A stretch of 50,594 bases of DNA, taken from IMG/VR virus record IMGVR_UViG_3300030060_001384, positions 1 to 50,594 of that record. One strand, 5' to 3'. The translations under genes were made by a program, and so were the position numbers. The notes beneath the pieces were generated by a model. The model ran no database searches, was not told the DNA's origin, and saw only the letters and a program-made list of their open reading frames with translations. The stretch's first letter is position 1; each line of letters starts with the position of its first letter. This DNA comes from a virus (Duplodnaviria > Caudoviricetes). This document shows positions 1-10,400 of the stretch, piece after piece.

Positions 1-40
1 CGGTTCAGTTGAGTTGACCGTAATGGGAGACCTCGCATAA
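1..40 (+). CDS. 3' end of small tail-fibre-associated protein (GDLA paralogue), partial
   Basis: Frame from nt 2 reads GSVELTVMGDLA-stop, the same C-terminus as 40..432, 432..818 and 49102..49500. Confidence 0.7.
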   Translation, partial: GSVELTVMGDLA

Positions 41-44
41 TGGC
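26..44 (+). repeat. Gene-junction repeat GGAGACCTCGCAT(A/G)A, copy 1
   Basis: GGAGACCTCGCATAATGGC is identical at 26-44 and 418-436; GGAGACCTCGCATGAGT occurs at 804-820 and 49486-49502. Confidence 0.9.
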
Positions 45-432
45 AAGCACACTCAAAGTAGATACAATCACAGGGGTAACCACGGCTGGGTCTATTGCGA
101 TTACCGGCGAGGGCAACTCGACCACAACGAATTTGCAGCAGGGGTTGTGCAAAGCGTGGGCAGATGCTGAAAATGACGCAACTCGTAATGATTCATTAAA
201 TATTGCAAGTGGAACAGACAACGGAACTGGCGACTACGTATATGCGTTTACTAATGTGATGAACTCTGCCCTGTATATCACTCTTATGTCAGGTTCGTAT
301 GCTAATATTACTCAATTTGATAATGGCGAACAGGCAACAACATCCTATACGGTGCGTGGTTTTTCTAGGGCAGATAGCCTGACAGCCAGTGACCATCCTA
401 ATCATTCAGGTATATTTGGAGACCTCGCATAA
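40..432 (+). CDS. Small tail-fibre-associated protein (GDLA paralogue)
   Basis: TLKVDTI N-terminus, KAW motif, D-x-G-T-G-x-Y motif, GDLA C-terminus; tail-gene context. Confidence 0.75.
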   Translation: MASTLKVDTITGVTTAGSIAITGEGNSTTTNLQQGLCKAWADAENDATRNDSLNIASGTDNGTGDYVYAFTNVMNSALYITLMSGSYANITQFDNGEQATTSYTVRGFSRADSLTASDHPNHSGIFGDLA

Positions 433-436
433 TGGC
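418..436 (+). repeat. Gene-junction repeat, copy 2
   Basis: 19-nt identity to 26-44. Confidence 0.9.
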
Positions 437-818
437 TAGTGAACTTAGAGTAAACACCCTGAAGGATGCTAGCGGGAACAACAGCATCGCCACCAGCTTT
501 GTTGCAGGGGGTAGTGCGAAGGCGTGGGTTAACTATAATCAAGCTACGCCAGCTACAGTAGACAGTTTTTCTGTAAGTTCTGTGACAGACAGCACAACAG
601 GACAATATAAAATTAATGTTTCATCTGCTTTTGCAAATACTGGTTACTCTTGTACTGGTTTAGCTAAAGGTGAAGCAGGAACAAGTTTGGGTAGAATATC
701 TGAAGACCACGATAATAGCAGGACAACATCTCAGATGCCAATCATTACATCTCGTATATCAGATGGAGCATACAGAGATTTAGTGAGTTCAGCTACAATT
801 CACGGAGACCTCGCATGA
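432..818 (+). CDS. Small tail-fibre-associated protein (GDLA paralogue)
   Basis: GSAKAWVN, DSFSVSSVTD-x-x-TGQY, GDLA end; TAATG-coupled to the upstream gene. Confidence 0.75.
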   Translation: MASELRVNTLKDASGNNSIATSFVAGGSAKAWVNYNQATPATVDSFSVSSVTDSTTGQYKINVSSAFANTGYSCTGLAKGEAGTSLGRISEDHDNSRTTSQMPIITSRISDGAYRDLVSSATIHGDLA

Positions 819-820
819 GT
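804..820 (+). repeat. Gene-junction repeat, copy 3
   Basis: 17-nt identity to 49486-49502. Confidence 0.9.
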
Positions 821-1909
821 AAGGCAGCAGAACTCGCCGCACTGATTGGTTCGCAGTCGGCGTTGTCAGACAGGAATCTTGTTATCAACGGTGCAATGGC
901 AATTAGTCAGAGAGGCACAAGCAGCACTGGTCAGGGTGCATCTGACTTGTTTCTTGTTGACCGCTTTCACCTAAACACAAACGGCAACTCTGCTGGCAGG
1001 TTTACTGTCACACAAGAATCTGATGGCCCAAGCGGCATACCTAATTCTTTAAAGCTGGCTTGCACCACATCCGACACATCCATTGCAGCCAGTGAAAGAT
1101 TTTTCATTGAGCAAAGACTAGAAGGGCAAAACCTTCAACGTATGAAAAAAGGCACCAGCGATGCACAGGCAATTACTGTGTCCTTCTATGTCAAGGGTAA
1201 CGCAGCAGCCACATATGTCGTAGGTATTTACGACGGTGATAACAGTCGTCAGATTGGCGCACAGTTTTCTGTAACGACATCTTGGGCCAGAGTATCTGTT
1301 ACATTTCCCGGTGATACAGGCGGTAGCGCACTAGATGATGACAATGCCGAAAGCCTGTCGCTCCGTTTCTACTTACACGCTGGCTCGACCTACACTGGCG
1401 GGACATTGCAGACAACGTGGGATACTGCTGCAAATAATGAACAAGTAGGCAGTGGGACTACCTCTTTCTTTGACAGCACTGACCGCACATTTTTCCTGAC
1501 AGGAGTGCAGATGGAACTTGGCGAGGTAGCTACGCCGTTTGAGCATCGGTCGTTTGCGGATGAGTTGGCTAAGTGCCAGAGGTATTGCTATGTGTGGGTT
1601 GCAGAAAACAACTATGGCAACTTTGCAAATGGTGGTGCGCTTAATACAAGCCAAGCAAGGGGTACAATGGTTTTGCCGCAAGTAATGAGAACACAGCCAT
1701 CACTAACTCAAAACGGAACATTTCGGGCAGTTTCTCACGGTAGCGGAATTACATCTGGAACAGTGTCTGTAACTATGGTTAGGGGACATACGCACAGTCC
1801 CTTCACCATGACGGCTGGCGATAGCGGTTCTTTAATAGCAGGAAGAGCATGTGAAATGGGTGCAGACAATGATAGCGATGCAGAGCTTGTATTGAGTGCG
1901 GAGTTATAG
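815..1909 (+). CDS. Tail fibre / receptor-binding protein with carbohydrate-binding-like domain
   Basis: RNLVINGAMAISQRG, GVQMELGEVATPFEHR, ELAKCQRY and C-terminal SAEL are motifs typical of phage tail-fibre proteins. Confidence 0.8.
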   Translation: MSKAAELAALIGSQSALSDRNLVINGAMAISQRGTSSTGQGASDLFLVDRFHLNTNGNSAGRFTVTQESDGPSGIPNSLKLACTTSDTSIAASERFFIEQRLEGQNLQRMKKGTSDAQAITVSFYVKGNAAATYVVGIYDGDNSRQIGAQFSVTTSWARVSVTFPGDTGGSALDDDNAESLSLRFYLHAGSTYTGGTLQTTWDTAANNEQVGSGTTSFFDSTDRTFFLTGVQMELGEVATPFEHRSFADELAKCQRYCYVWVAENNYGNFANGGALNTSQARGTMVLPQVMRTQPSLTQNGTFRAVSHGSGITSGTVSVTMVRGHTHSPFTMTAGDSGSLIAGRACEMGADNDSDAELVLSAEL

Positions 1910-1911
1910 CT

Positions 1912-2094
1912 ATGAGGGATATGATAATTTCTAATGCTCAATACATTCAAGATGAAGGTGAGAACACTGCCATCAAGGCGACAATCGACGGCATAGATTG
2001 GTCAGTGCCAATCTGTGTAGGAAACTCGCACTACGACGAAATAATGAAACAGGTCGCAGCCGGTGACTTAACAATCCTTGACGCCGACGACTGA
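1912..2094 (+). CDS. Putative tail-fibre assembly/chaperone-like small protein
   Basis: 60 aa, VP-x4-N-x-HY motif, directly after the fibre gene. Confidence 0.55.
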   Translation: MRDMIISNAQYIQDEGENTAIKATIDGIDWSVPICVGNSHYDEIMKQVAAGDLTILDADD

Positions 2095-2294
2095 TGAAGC
2101 TGGCGATGGAACCCGTACTCAAAACCCAAATGGAACTCGAAGCGCACGAGAAGGAGTGTGCTATCCGCTATGCTGCTGTCCAAGAGAAGCTCGACGCCCT
2201 CGACAAGCGCATGTGGCGGCTTGAGGCAATGATCATGGGCAGTACGATTTTAGTTGTGGCTATGGTCGTCACAGTATTTATGGGAATGAATTGA
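2094..2294 (+). CDS. XhlA-like holin/membrane protein
   Basis: HEKECAIRY, coiled coil, single C-terminal transmembrane segment. Confidence 0.6.
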   Translation: MKLAMEPVLKTQMELEAHEKECAIRYAAVQEKLDALDKRMWRLEAMIMGSTILVVAMVVTVFMGMN

Positions 2295-2296
2295 CG

Positions 2297-3637
2297 ATGG
2301 CAGAGATTGCAGGTAAAACGGGCGAAGAACTCGAAAAGGGTCTGATCCAAGAGCAAGCTGAAAGAGTTAAATCTGAAACACTCCCTGCTGGCGTAAAGAT
2401 AGAGCCTGAAAAAGTAGAGGTAAAGCCGGGCGAAGAAGTTGCAGTTACTGCGGGACAGATGGGAGCGATTCCCACTGCACAAGCTCGTCCTGATATTCAA
2501 GCTGAACAATTTGCACAGGACGCACCAGAAAAGTTCGAGGCCCCTACTATTCAAGCCGCACAAGTCGGACAGGTAACTCCTGCAACTTCCGCTAGAGGAC
2601 AACTTTCTGAAAAGACAATTATGGAAGCGGCTCAAGGGGAGCTTTCTAATGAGAGTCTCGCACAAGCTGCAACACAAGAGCTTGATCCTCGCGCTACCAC
2701 TAGTTATCAACTTGCAGAATTATTTAAAGGTATAGAAGAGGGAGGCCCCACTCCCGCATGGGCAGCACCAGCCGTGAGGCAGGTTACCGCTGTCATGCAA
2801 CAACGAGGTCTGGGTGCGTCGTCTATGGCAGCAGCCGCAGTGATGCAGGCTATGATGGAGTCGGGCATTCAGGTAGCGGCTCAAGACGCCCAAAAATACG
2901 CAAACATCCAGTTGCAAAACCTGTCCAATCAGCAACAGGCCACACTGCAGAATGCGGCGACATCTGCACAAATGGACATGGCAAATTTAAATGCACGACA
3001 GCAGGCTAACGCTAACAACGCAAAGTCATTTCTTAGCCTCGATTTGCAAAATTTGACTAACGAACAACAAAGTGCTACAATAAGTTACCAAGGTCAGCTA
3101 CAAGCAATGCTGACAGATAAGGCACAAGAAAACGCTGTTCGTCAGTTGAACGCTAAGAGTCAGATTGAGGTAGACACGTTTTTTACGGATTTAGGCGTGC
3201 AGATAGAATCTGCGACCATTAACCGTAAGGCAGCTATTGAACAATATAACGTATCCCAACAGAATGCGTTAGCACAATTTAACACGCAAATGCAGGCGTC
3301 TCGTGAACAATTTAACGCTAGTATGTCTGCACAAATCGCCCAGAGTAACGCACAGTGGCGCAGGGATATTAACACTGCAAACACTGCGTCACAAAACGCC
3401 GTCAATCAGGTGAACGCACAGAACTTGCTCGGTATAAATCAGCAGGCTCTTGCAAATCTGTGGCAAGCTTACCGGGATCAGGCCGCATGGAGTATGCAGA
3501 TTTCTGAAAATAACCTTGCTCGTGCCCACAACGCAGCCATGCAAGCCGCGTCTATTTCTGCAAGCGAATCTATGTACGACGATAAGTTTGAAGATTTTTT
3601 AATTGTAAAGACAATCGACAACATCTTTCTTGACTAG
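2297..3637 (+). CDS. Internal virion (ejection) protein, Q/A/N-rich
   Basis: Long helical Q/A/N-rich ORF at the head of a block of large non-enzymatic + ORFs. Confidence 0.65.
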   Translation: MAEIAGKTGEELEKGLIQEQAERVKSETLPAGVKIEPEKVEVKPGEEVAVTAGQMGAIPTAQARPDIQAEQFAQDAPEKFEAPTIQAAQVGQVTPATSARGQLSEKTIMEAAQGELSNESLAQAATQELDPRATTSYQLAELFKGIEEGGPTPAWAAPAVRQVTAVMQQRGLGASSMAAAAVMQAMMESGIQVAAQDAQKYANIQLQNLSNQQQATLQNAATSAQMDMANLNARQQANANNAKSFLSLDLQNLTNEQQSATISYQGQLQAMLTDKAQENAVRQLNAKSQIEVDTFFTDLGVQIESATINRKAAIEQYNVSQQNALAQFNTQMQASREQFNASMSAQIAQSNAQWRRDINTANTASQNAVNQVNAQNLLGINQQALANLWQAYRDQAAWSMQISENNLARAHNAAMQAASISASESMYDDKFEDFLIVKTIDNIFLD

Positions 3638-3647
3638 GTAAACTAAT

Positions 3648-4130
3648 ATGCTCTCAACAATACTTGCCGCAGCCGCTGGTCCCATGATTGGTAGAGGCAT
3701 AGAAATGGCCGCTCCAGCAGTATCCGAATATTTTGGTGGTGAAGACACTTTACTCGGCGACTTCTTCGGTGGATTCGCGGCGAAGTCGAGTGGTGCGCCT
3801 AGTTTTGCACAGGAGATTGGCTCGGCGGTAGCAGGGGCACTGACTCCTAGCAAATCTGTCGGCTTTGCCGACTTGCCTTCTGTTGATGTTGCTGCCCCGC
3901 GCACGATGGCTGCAGTGCGTATGCAAGCCGCAGGTCAGGCAGCGCAGATTCCTCTAGGATCAGGAAATACAGTTCCTAATTATCTTCAGCGCAGTAATGT
4001 CCGTAACACTTTGGCTCGTGTCCAAACCATCCCCTTACCTAGAGTAACTACCCTTGCTGCCAAGCCCAACATTCCGCTAGGCTCCGCGACAGTTAAGTCA
4101 CGGGTAAGAAGAAAGACAGCAAAATCATGA
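3648..4130 (+). CDS. Putative internal virion protein
   Basis: A/G-rich hydrophobic N-terminus, basic C-terminus; context. Confidence 0.55.
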   Translation: MLSTILAAAAGPMIGRGIEMAAPAVSEYFGGEDTLLGDFFGGFAAKSSGAPSFAQEIGSAVAGALTPSKSVGFADLPSVDVAAPRTMAAVRMQAAGQAAQIPLGSGNTVPNYLQRSNVRNTLARVQTIPLPRVTTLAAKPNIPLGSATVKSRVRRKTAKS

Positions 4131-4657
4131 TGGACAAGATTACACCCCTTTCTGCTCCTCCCGGTCATTCTCTCACAGGAGTTCCCGGAAAATGGCCGTG
4201 GGAACGTCCTCCAGAGTTTTCAAATCCAGACGACGTTATCGACAACATCATAGAAAAATTTGAAAACGGCGGCGGAAAAGACGACCTTGCCAAGATGATG
4301 TTGGCGGGAGTCACTGTGGAAGAACTTGTAAATCAGATTTCTTTCAAGGGGTTTATGAACGGCAAATTTTCTCCAGATGTTGCCGAGCTAATCAAGCCTG
4401 CAATGGCTATATACCTGATGGGTCTTGCTGATGATGCAGGATTTGAACCGCAGCTATTCGTTAATGATCCGGAACAATCGGCAGATCAGATTTCTGACGA
4501 AGCGTTTTTCAACATTATGAAACAGCGTAATCCGCAGTTACACGCAGATATGATAGAAGAGATGAACAGAAGTAAACGTATGCCGTCTGATTCGCCAAGA
4601 ACTCCGCAGCAACAACAGCCTGAACCGTCGTTCATGCAGATGACAGGGGAGATGTAA
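4127..4657 (+). CDS. Hypothetical virion-module protein
   Basis: 176 aa ORF, PPGHSLT..WPWERPP motif, ATGA-coupled. Confidence 0.65.
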   Translation: MMDKITPLSAPPGHSLTGVPGKWPWERPPEFSNPDDVIDNIIEKFENGGGKDDLAKMMLAGVTVEELVNQISFKGFMNGKFSPDVAELIKPAMAIYLMGLADDAGFEPQLFVNDPEQSADQISDEAFFNIMKQRNPQLHADMIEEMNRSKRMPSDSPRTPQQQQPEPSFMQMTGEM

Positions 4658-4658
4658 A

Positions 4659-7463
4659 ATGCCAGCACCACTAGCACTGATAGCTGCATACGCTTACTCT
4701 GCGAAAAAGAAGGGCGACAGACAACGCGCTGCTGCGACTGCAAAAGCTGAAGCAGATGCGGCTGCAAAAGAAGCTGAGAACATGCGGGGCACGTTGTTTC
4801 AGTTGCCCAACAATGGCGGATTTATGACAGTCGAAGATGGCGACAGCGTAGGTCTTGGTCGCGCACAAATGATGGGGGCAGTGCCTATGAAGTATGGCCC
4901 CATGAAAAATCTGTCTATGGAATTCAAGGGCCGCACAGATTACTACGAGGACAAAAACGGCAAGACTGGACCTCTTAGTGAATGGAGTCTTGAAGATCAG
5001 TTGACGGCTGGTCTCGTTAAACTGGGGCAAACAGATATACACGGCATTGTTCACTATGACCCCCAACATATAGTGGATGCTCGTAGGGGCAATACAGACA
5101 TAACATCTTCGTCTAAGAGAATGGTTGAGGCGTTGCACCCCCTTCTTCCTAACAAAGTGTATACGGGTGCGCCTGAAACTGTGATCGGCGCTCTCAATCA
5201 GGCCGGTATCAGCCTTACAGATGACAGACTGCTCGGCAATAGCTGGATTGAGACAACTGACAAAAACGGCACGAAAATTACAAATTTTAAAGAATACGAT
5301 TTTGGCACGGCTCCATCGACGGAAGCGAAAACAGACATTCGCTACCATCTACTCGATGGCAGTAAAGTTATGTCTTCCGAGATAGGTGATGAACGGGTTA
5401 TCAAAGACGCAGAAATTGACTTCTATGAATACGGTAAATACGGCGATGACGGTAAGTTCAATCCGACAAGTCGAGGCAGTCCATCAGGAACTCGCGATGC
5501 CAAGACGAGCATGGAAGAAGCATTAAAGGCTTCTGGATCGACCTACATGTACAAAGTTTCAGACGACATAATTATCGTCACGGACAACAAGGCATCGAAT
5601 CAAGAACGAGTAACATCCTTTGCTAATCAACTGGCGGCTGCAGAAGCAAAAGAATCCGGAAGTATTGCAAAGTTTAAAGCGGCCTACGACTCCGGTAACG
5701 TAGGTGCCGTGTCAGCAGTGAATGGCATATATCGAGACCTTCTTGCTGAATATGACTCCTTTGAAGTTGGACCCAACGGGCAAATGCTTAGAAGATACGA
5801 CATGTCGATGTCCTTCAAACACATGCTAGAAAGAAACTACGGCGACGTAATTCAGATCATTCCGGGATTGCTTGCTAAAGCAGAAGCACTAGACAATGAT
5901 CGACGTGAAAATAAAAGAATTGAACTTGATCAACAGGCCAATACCGAAACCACTAGCGCAAAGACTATCATTGTTACTGGAAATCCGCCTGCAGAGGAAG
6001 CTGCCGGTAATCCAGAAGTTCCAGAAGAGGTAGAGATTCCTATCACTGTAACGTGGCCGAGTAGGTTTAACACGCTTGTAAATGATTCGCTTATACCTCT
6101 CATTGCATCACGTCAAGTTAATCCTGTGGATGTGACAGGTCAACCTATCTCGCCTGAAGACGCAGCTACGGCAATCGTAGGACAGTACGTCATGTACGAA
6201 AAAAGTGTGCTTGACACATTTGAGCGCGATGAACGCGGCAACAAAATACCGCTAGATGATCAGCCTATCCTTGATGCGTTCGAAAAACTTCGCACACGAG
6301 TTATCCCCGGAACCAACACCAATCTTCTTGACCACCTGATTTTTTCGATAGCTGACCCTACTAAAAGTAAGGTCGATCAGCTTGATCAAAGCGGCCAAGA
6401 GGTTGCAGAAATTATCGCACTGGCAACTGACGGTGATATGCAATTAGCTACCCAGATCATTGCTCCTCTCCTCGTATCAGGAAAGGGTGCAAAGATTGCC
6501 ATGAACAACAAGTTTGGGTTCGGTCAAAGTCAAGCAAAAGCTCTAGATTTTCGCCGTGATCAAGCTGCAGTAAATGCAGCCTCTCGTCGAGGCATCAGCG
6601 TGGTTAACGCTGCTCTTAGCACGTACTATGGACCTGATGGTGAGTTGCTCGACAGCACAGCAGTTGCAAACCTGTATCTTGGATTCGAAGGAGTACAATA
6701 CTGGGCAGGTAAGGCTGCTGATCTAGTAGGAATAGATTTTACGGATTCAGACGCAGTTCTAGAGCAAGGCCGAAAGTATATCACACAGGCTCGTATAAAC
6801 CTAAAAAGATCAGGCAACTTAGAAGAAAGTCAAGATGCGCTGAATGCGATGGAAAAGGACCTTCAGGACATTGCAAAGCGAGGGGCAACCAACGCTAAGT
6901 ACGCACAACGAGAGTTCTTTACACTGGTGCTTGCATATGAGGTTGCCGCAGCAATTCAGGGTGGCACTGGTGGCCGTACGATTTCTGACCAAGACGTTGC
7001 GCTTATCTTCCGTGGCCTTCGTCAGAGGTTCACGGACGCACCTCAAGCACAGGTTGCAGCACTCCAAGGCGTCAAGGCCATGCTGACCCGTTTTGAACAT
7101 CGTTCGGGTATGCTCATGGCAGATGCCAAGTCACAGGCGGCGTATCTTACCGCTGAGAATCTGTTATTCGCTGCAGGGTTTGATACGAATCCGTACTACA
7201 CGACCGACTACGTTGTAGACGAATTTGGACCGCAAGCAGGCTCTGGCAAAAAGAAGCCCCCTGCTGATCCATTCTTCGGCATGAAAGAAGATGATTATAA
7301 CGCGGGTCTGCTTGATCGAATCAACAAGCAAAACCTGACAGGCGGTAATTACAGCACTCTTGATGAAGCTAAACTAGCCCAGCCTAAATTCTTCGAGAGC
7401 CAGAAACGAGCGTATGACGCACAGCTACAGAATCAGCAGAAAAAACAAGGATCGCAAACCTGA
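4659..7463 (+). CDS. Large internal virion (ejection) protein
   Basis: 934 aa, RBS GGGGAG; position equivalent to podovirus core proteins; no catalytic motif recognised. Confidence 0.65.
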   Translation: MPAPLALIAAYAYSAKKKGDRQRAAATAKAEADAAAKEAENMRGTLFQLPNNGGFMTVEDGDSVGLGRAQMMGAVPMKYGPMKNLSMEFKGRTDYYEDKNGKTGPLSEWSLEDQLTAGLVKLGQTDIHGIVHYDPQHIVDARRGNTDITSSSKRMVEALHPLLPNKVYTGAPETVIGALNQAGISLTDDRLLGNSWIETTDKNGTKITNFKEYDFGTAPSTEAKTDIRYHLLDGSKVMSSEIGDERVIKDAEIDFYEYGKYGDDGKFNPTSRGSPSGTRDAKTSMEEALKASGSTYMYKVSDDIIIVTDNKASNQERVTSFANQLAAAEAKESGSIAKFKAAYDSGNVGAVSAVNGIYRDLLAEYDSFEVGPNGQMLRRYDMSMSFKHMLERNYGDVIQIIPGLLAKAEALDNDRRENKRIELDQQANTETTSAKTIIVTGNPPAEEAAGNPEVPEEVEIPITVTWPSRFNTLVNDSLIPLIASRQVNPVDVTGQPISPEDAATAIVGQYVMYEKSVLDTFERDERGNKIPLDDQPILDAFEKLRTRVIPGTNTNLLDHLIFSIADPTKSKVDQLDQSGQEVAEIIALATDGDMQLATQIIAPLLVSGKGAKIAMNNKFGFGQSQAKALDFRRDQAAVNAASRRGISVVNAALSTYYGPDGELLDSTAVANLYLGFEGVQYWAGKAADLVGIDFTDSDAVLEQGRKYITQARINLKRSGNLEESQDALNAMEKDLQDIAKRGATNAKYAQREFFTLVLAYEVAAAIQGGTGGRTISDQDVALIFRGLRQRFTDAPQAQVAALQGVKAMLTRFEHRSGMLMADAKSQAAYLTAENLLFAAGFDTNPYYTTDYVVDEFGPQAGSGKKKPPADPFFGMKEDDYNAGLLDRINKQNLTGGNYSTLDEAKLAQPKFFESQKRAYDAQLQNQQKKQGSQT

Positions 7464-10400
7464 TGGCATACGTTCGTGACACTAAATCACTAACAACTAA
7501 AATCGACGAAGTTCCGACTCCATCTAACACAGGGTTTGGTCCTCCCACGACAAGAGACTCTGCGTTCATGGCCCCGATGGGCATGACACCGGAACAGGAG
7601 AAATTGCTTTCGACTCCTACCGATGTGGCGCTGGAGAAGACCGAGGAAGTCACTACGGCTCCTCTAGAGTTGCCTGTGGTTGGTAAGATACCCGGTGGCA
7701 TGGGTATGGCTACCAATCGTCTACTGGAAATTCCGTGGCAAAAGACAAAACCCGGCATTTCTATTTCGTCTGTGATTCCGCTCGATGATGAAGATTATCG
7801 TGTCAATACATTTATGACACTTGACGAGTACGAGAACGCCGAGGGAGAGACTATATCTCTGGAGGGCTACGATTATGCAAGGCGCTTATCCACTGCTGAC
7901 AAGTTTGGCGCAACTAAATTTGTAAAATACGACAAGGAAACTGGAGAACGAATCGTACAGGCTGTTCCATGGGAAAAAATTGTAATACAACAAACAAAAG
8001 TTCCCGAAAAAATTGGTGGAAGCGATCTTCTTGGCGGAGATAAATTTCAAATTTACACCGAAGGTATGACGTTAAAGGAATATGAACGTCTTGTCTTTGC
8101 CAACAGAGCGTTCAGCACATTAATTACTCCCGATCCCGATTTGGGAAGGACCATACACGCACAGTATCTGAATGAAATGTTGACCGCTGCAGGTATTGAC
8201 GATAGAGGTCGTGCGCTTATTATCTTCGATCAGCTTGAAAATCCAAGTAACGACGAAATGACTCGTCTTGTCACAGGAGCGATGGACGTATTAGGTCGAT
8301 CTGTAATCGAAACCGCTCTGTACGCCACAGGTGAAACAGCAGGTTTTGTAGGCATGTTAATTGACAAAAAGATGGACGGCACCATTGCCGACTATCAAAC
8401 TCGTCAAGCCGTAGCAGATTCGTGGTGGAAACCTTTAGCATACGACGTGCAAGACTATTTTAAGAAGCAGGGTGTAACGATGAACCTTGCAACGGCAGAA
8501 GAATTAGCCCGAACTCAAACAGGATTTATCCCGTTTCTTACGCAGTTTGGTCTGGAAGTTGCAGCCCCCTCTAGAACAGCACTTGCCAAAAGGGGAATGA
8601 CTGCAGAAAAAGACTTAGAAAGATTCTTCGTATTTTTTCGACAGCAGCGCAGAGAAAATCCCGAAATTACCGTGGACGATGCTGTCAAGGGATTTGCAGA
8701 ACAACAGGCAGGAAATAGCTTTCTAAGATTTGTACCTCTTTCTAGTGATAAACGCCGTATCGCTGGCTATGAAAGTCGTTTAGTCACGGCTTTTCAACTG
8801 CAGGAAACTCTCATGGAACCCGCCGAACGCGTAGCCGTAAGGGGGGCAACAAGTCGTTTAGCTGCCTTGATAGCTCAACAAGATCATTTGCGTGAAAGAA
8901 TCGCTGATCCTAAAGTAGAACAGCCTTTTAAACTTAAAAAGGAACTTGAAACCGTCAATCAAAGAATCAATGCGGCGGAATACGAACTTCGCAAAGTTGA
9001 AAGGCAGAGCAGCATTCCAAAATATGTCACGGACATGAAGATACAAGATAATTACATCATCGTGGGAGGTGCCACCGTAGGTCACTTCTTCGATGAAAAC
9101 GAGATGGACCGCGACTTTGGCACGATCATAGGTCTTGGTGCTGGCATCGCTGTGTCCGTAACAAAGGGCAAGGTACCCGCCGCTCTGGACTTTGTTTTAG
9201 GGCAGATGAACAAGTTTAACCCTATTACAAGCTCTAGAGAAGCGGCGCAGCTACGGTTCTTTGTGCGGGAAATGCAGCGTTCCTCTCCTGAACTTCAGGA
9301 GATCGTTAACCTTCAGGGGCAAAGAATCGCAGAGTATCAGGATCGTCTAGTAGCTGCGGGTGTTCCTGTTGAAGTTTTGCAAACCACACTGCCCGTAATT
9401 ACTAACATTGTAACGCTGCGTCACTTTGAAGACGTTATTAAACAGCGCGTGGACACGAAGGGCATCATCAGCAGCGAACAAACCCAAAATATTCAGAAGC
9501 TGGCTAGTCTTAATCAACAGCTTAACGCCCAACTAAATCGTGTGCTTGCTGATTTCGAGGTATCGAACGAAGTCGAAAAAGAATTTTTTGACATGATTGA
9601 TTACTTCCGCAAGGAAACAGCCGAGACACGGGACAGACTATCAGCAACTATAACCACATACAATAAAGAAGGTATTGGTCACTACCTGAATCCTGCGATT
9701 GGAAGCAAGGCTACCATCACACAGGAGGGTTCTCCCGTAGGCGTTCCGGGATCAGAGGAGTTTATGACTTTTGATCAGGCATCAGAAAGTCTTCACAATC
9801 AACTTCTGATTGACAACAACGCACTTCCCGAAGATGATTTTCTATCTGTTCTACAGGAGGGAAGGGATGTTGTAAATCAAGGCTTGCAAGCCGCCTCTAA
9901 TGGAATGCTTGCACGTGTCGGAAACGCAAAAGCCGCTAAGAGACAGATTAACACAGAGGGTAGCATCGACATCGAGGTTGACGCCACACCGGGGGGCATG
10001 ATGTCCATGCACCTAGAGTTTGAATATTCTGCATCTAGAACTTTTGCAAGCAGACGATTCTCTCATATGGACAGCAATAACGTCGAATATGCTGTCTTGG
10101 GTAGTAAAGTTAGCGGCACTCCTGTCGTTGACATGAAAGATGTTTTTGACGAAGCCTTCGCCTTAGAAGTTCCGGGAGTTGGAAGACTTTCGAGAATTAA
10201 CAAAGACGATCTAAGCGCGGGTGAACTAGCAACTTTAGACAAGACGATAGAGGAGTTGACCAATCCTTTCTTTGAAACTATGGCTGCTGAAAAAGGTATA
10301 GACAAGGCAACTCTGTTAAAAGACCTCAAAGCATCTGCAGAAGCGGCCAACTACTCTTTTGGCAGTGGACGAAACACACAAGCTATTGTTGCGAAGTATC

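Noticed and set aside
40-1909. Diversity-generating retroelement behind the tail paralogues
   Set aside because: No reverse transcriptase and no template/variable repeat pair differing at adenines
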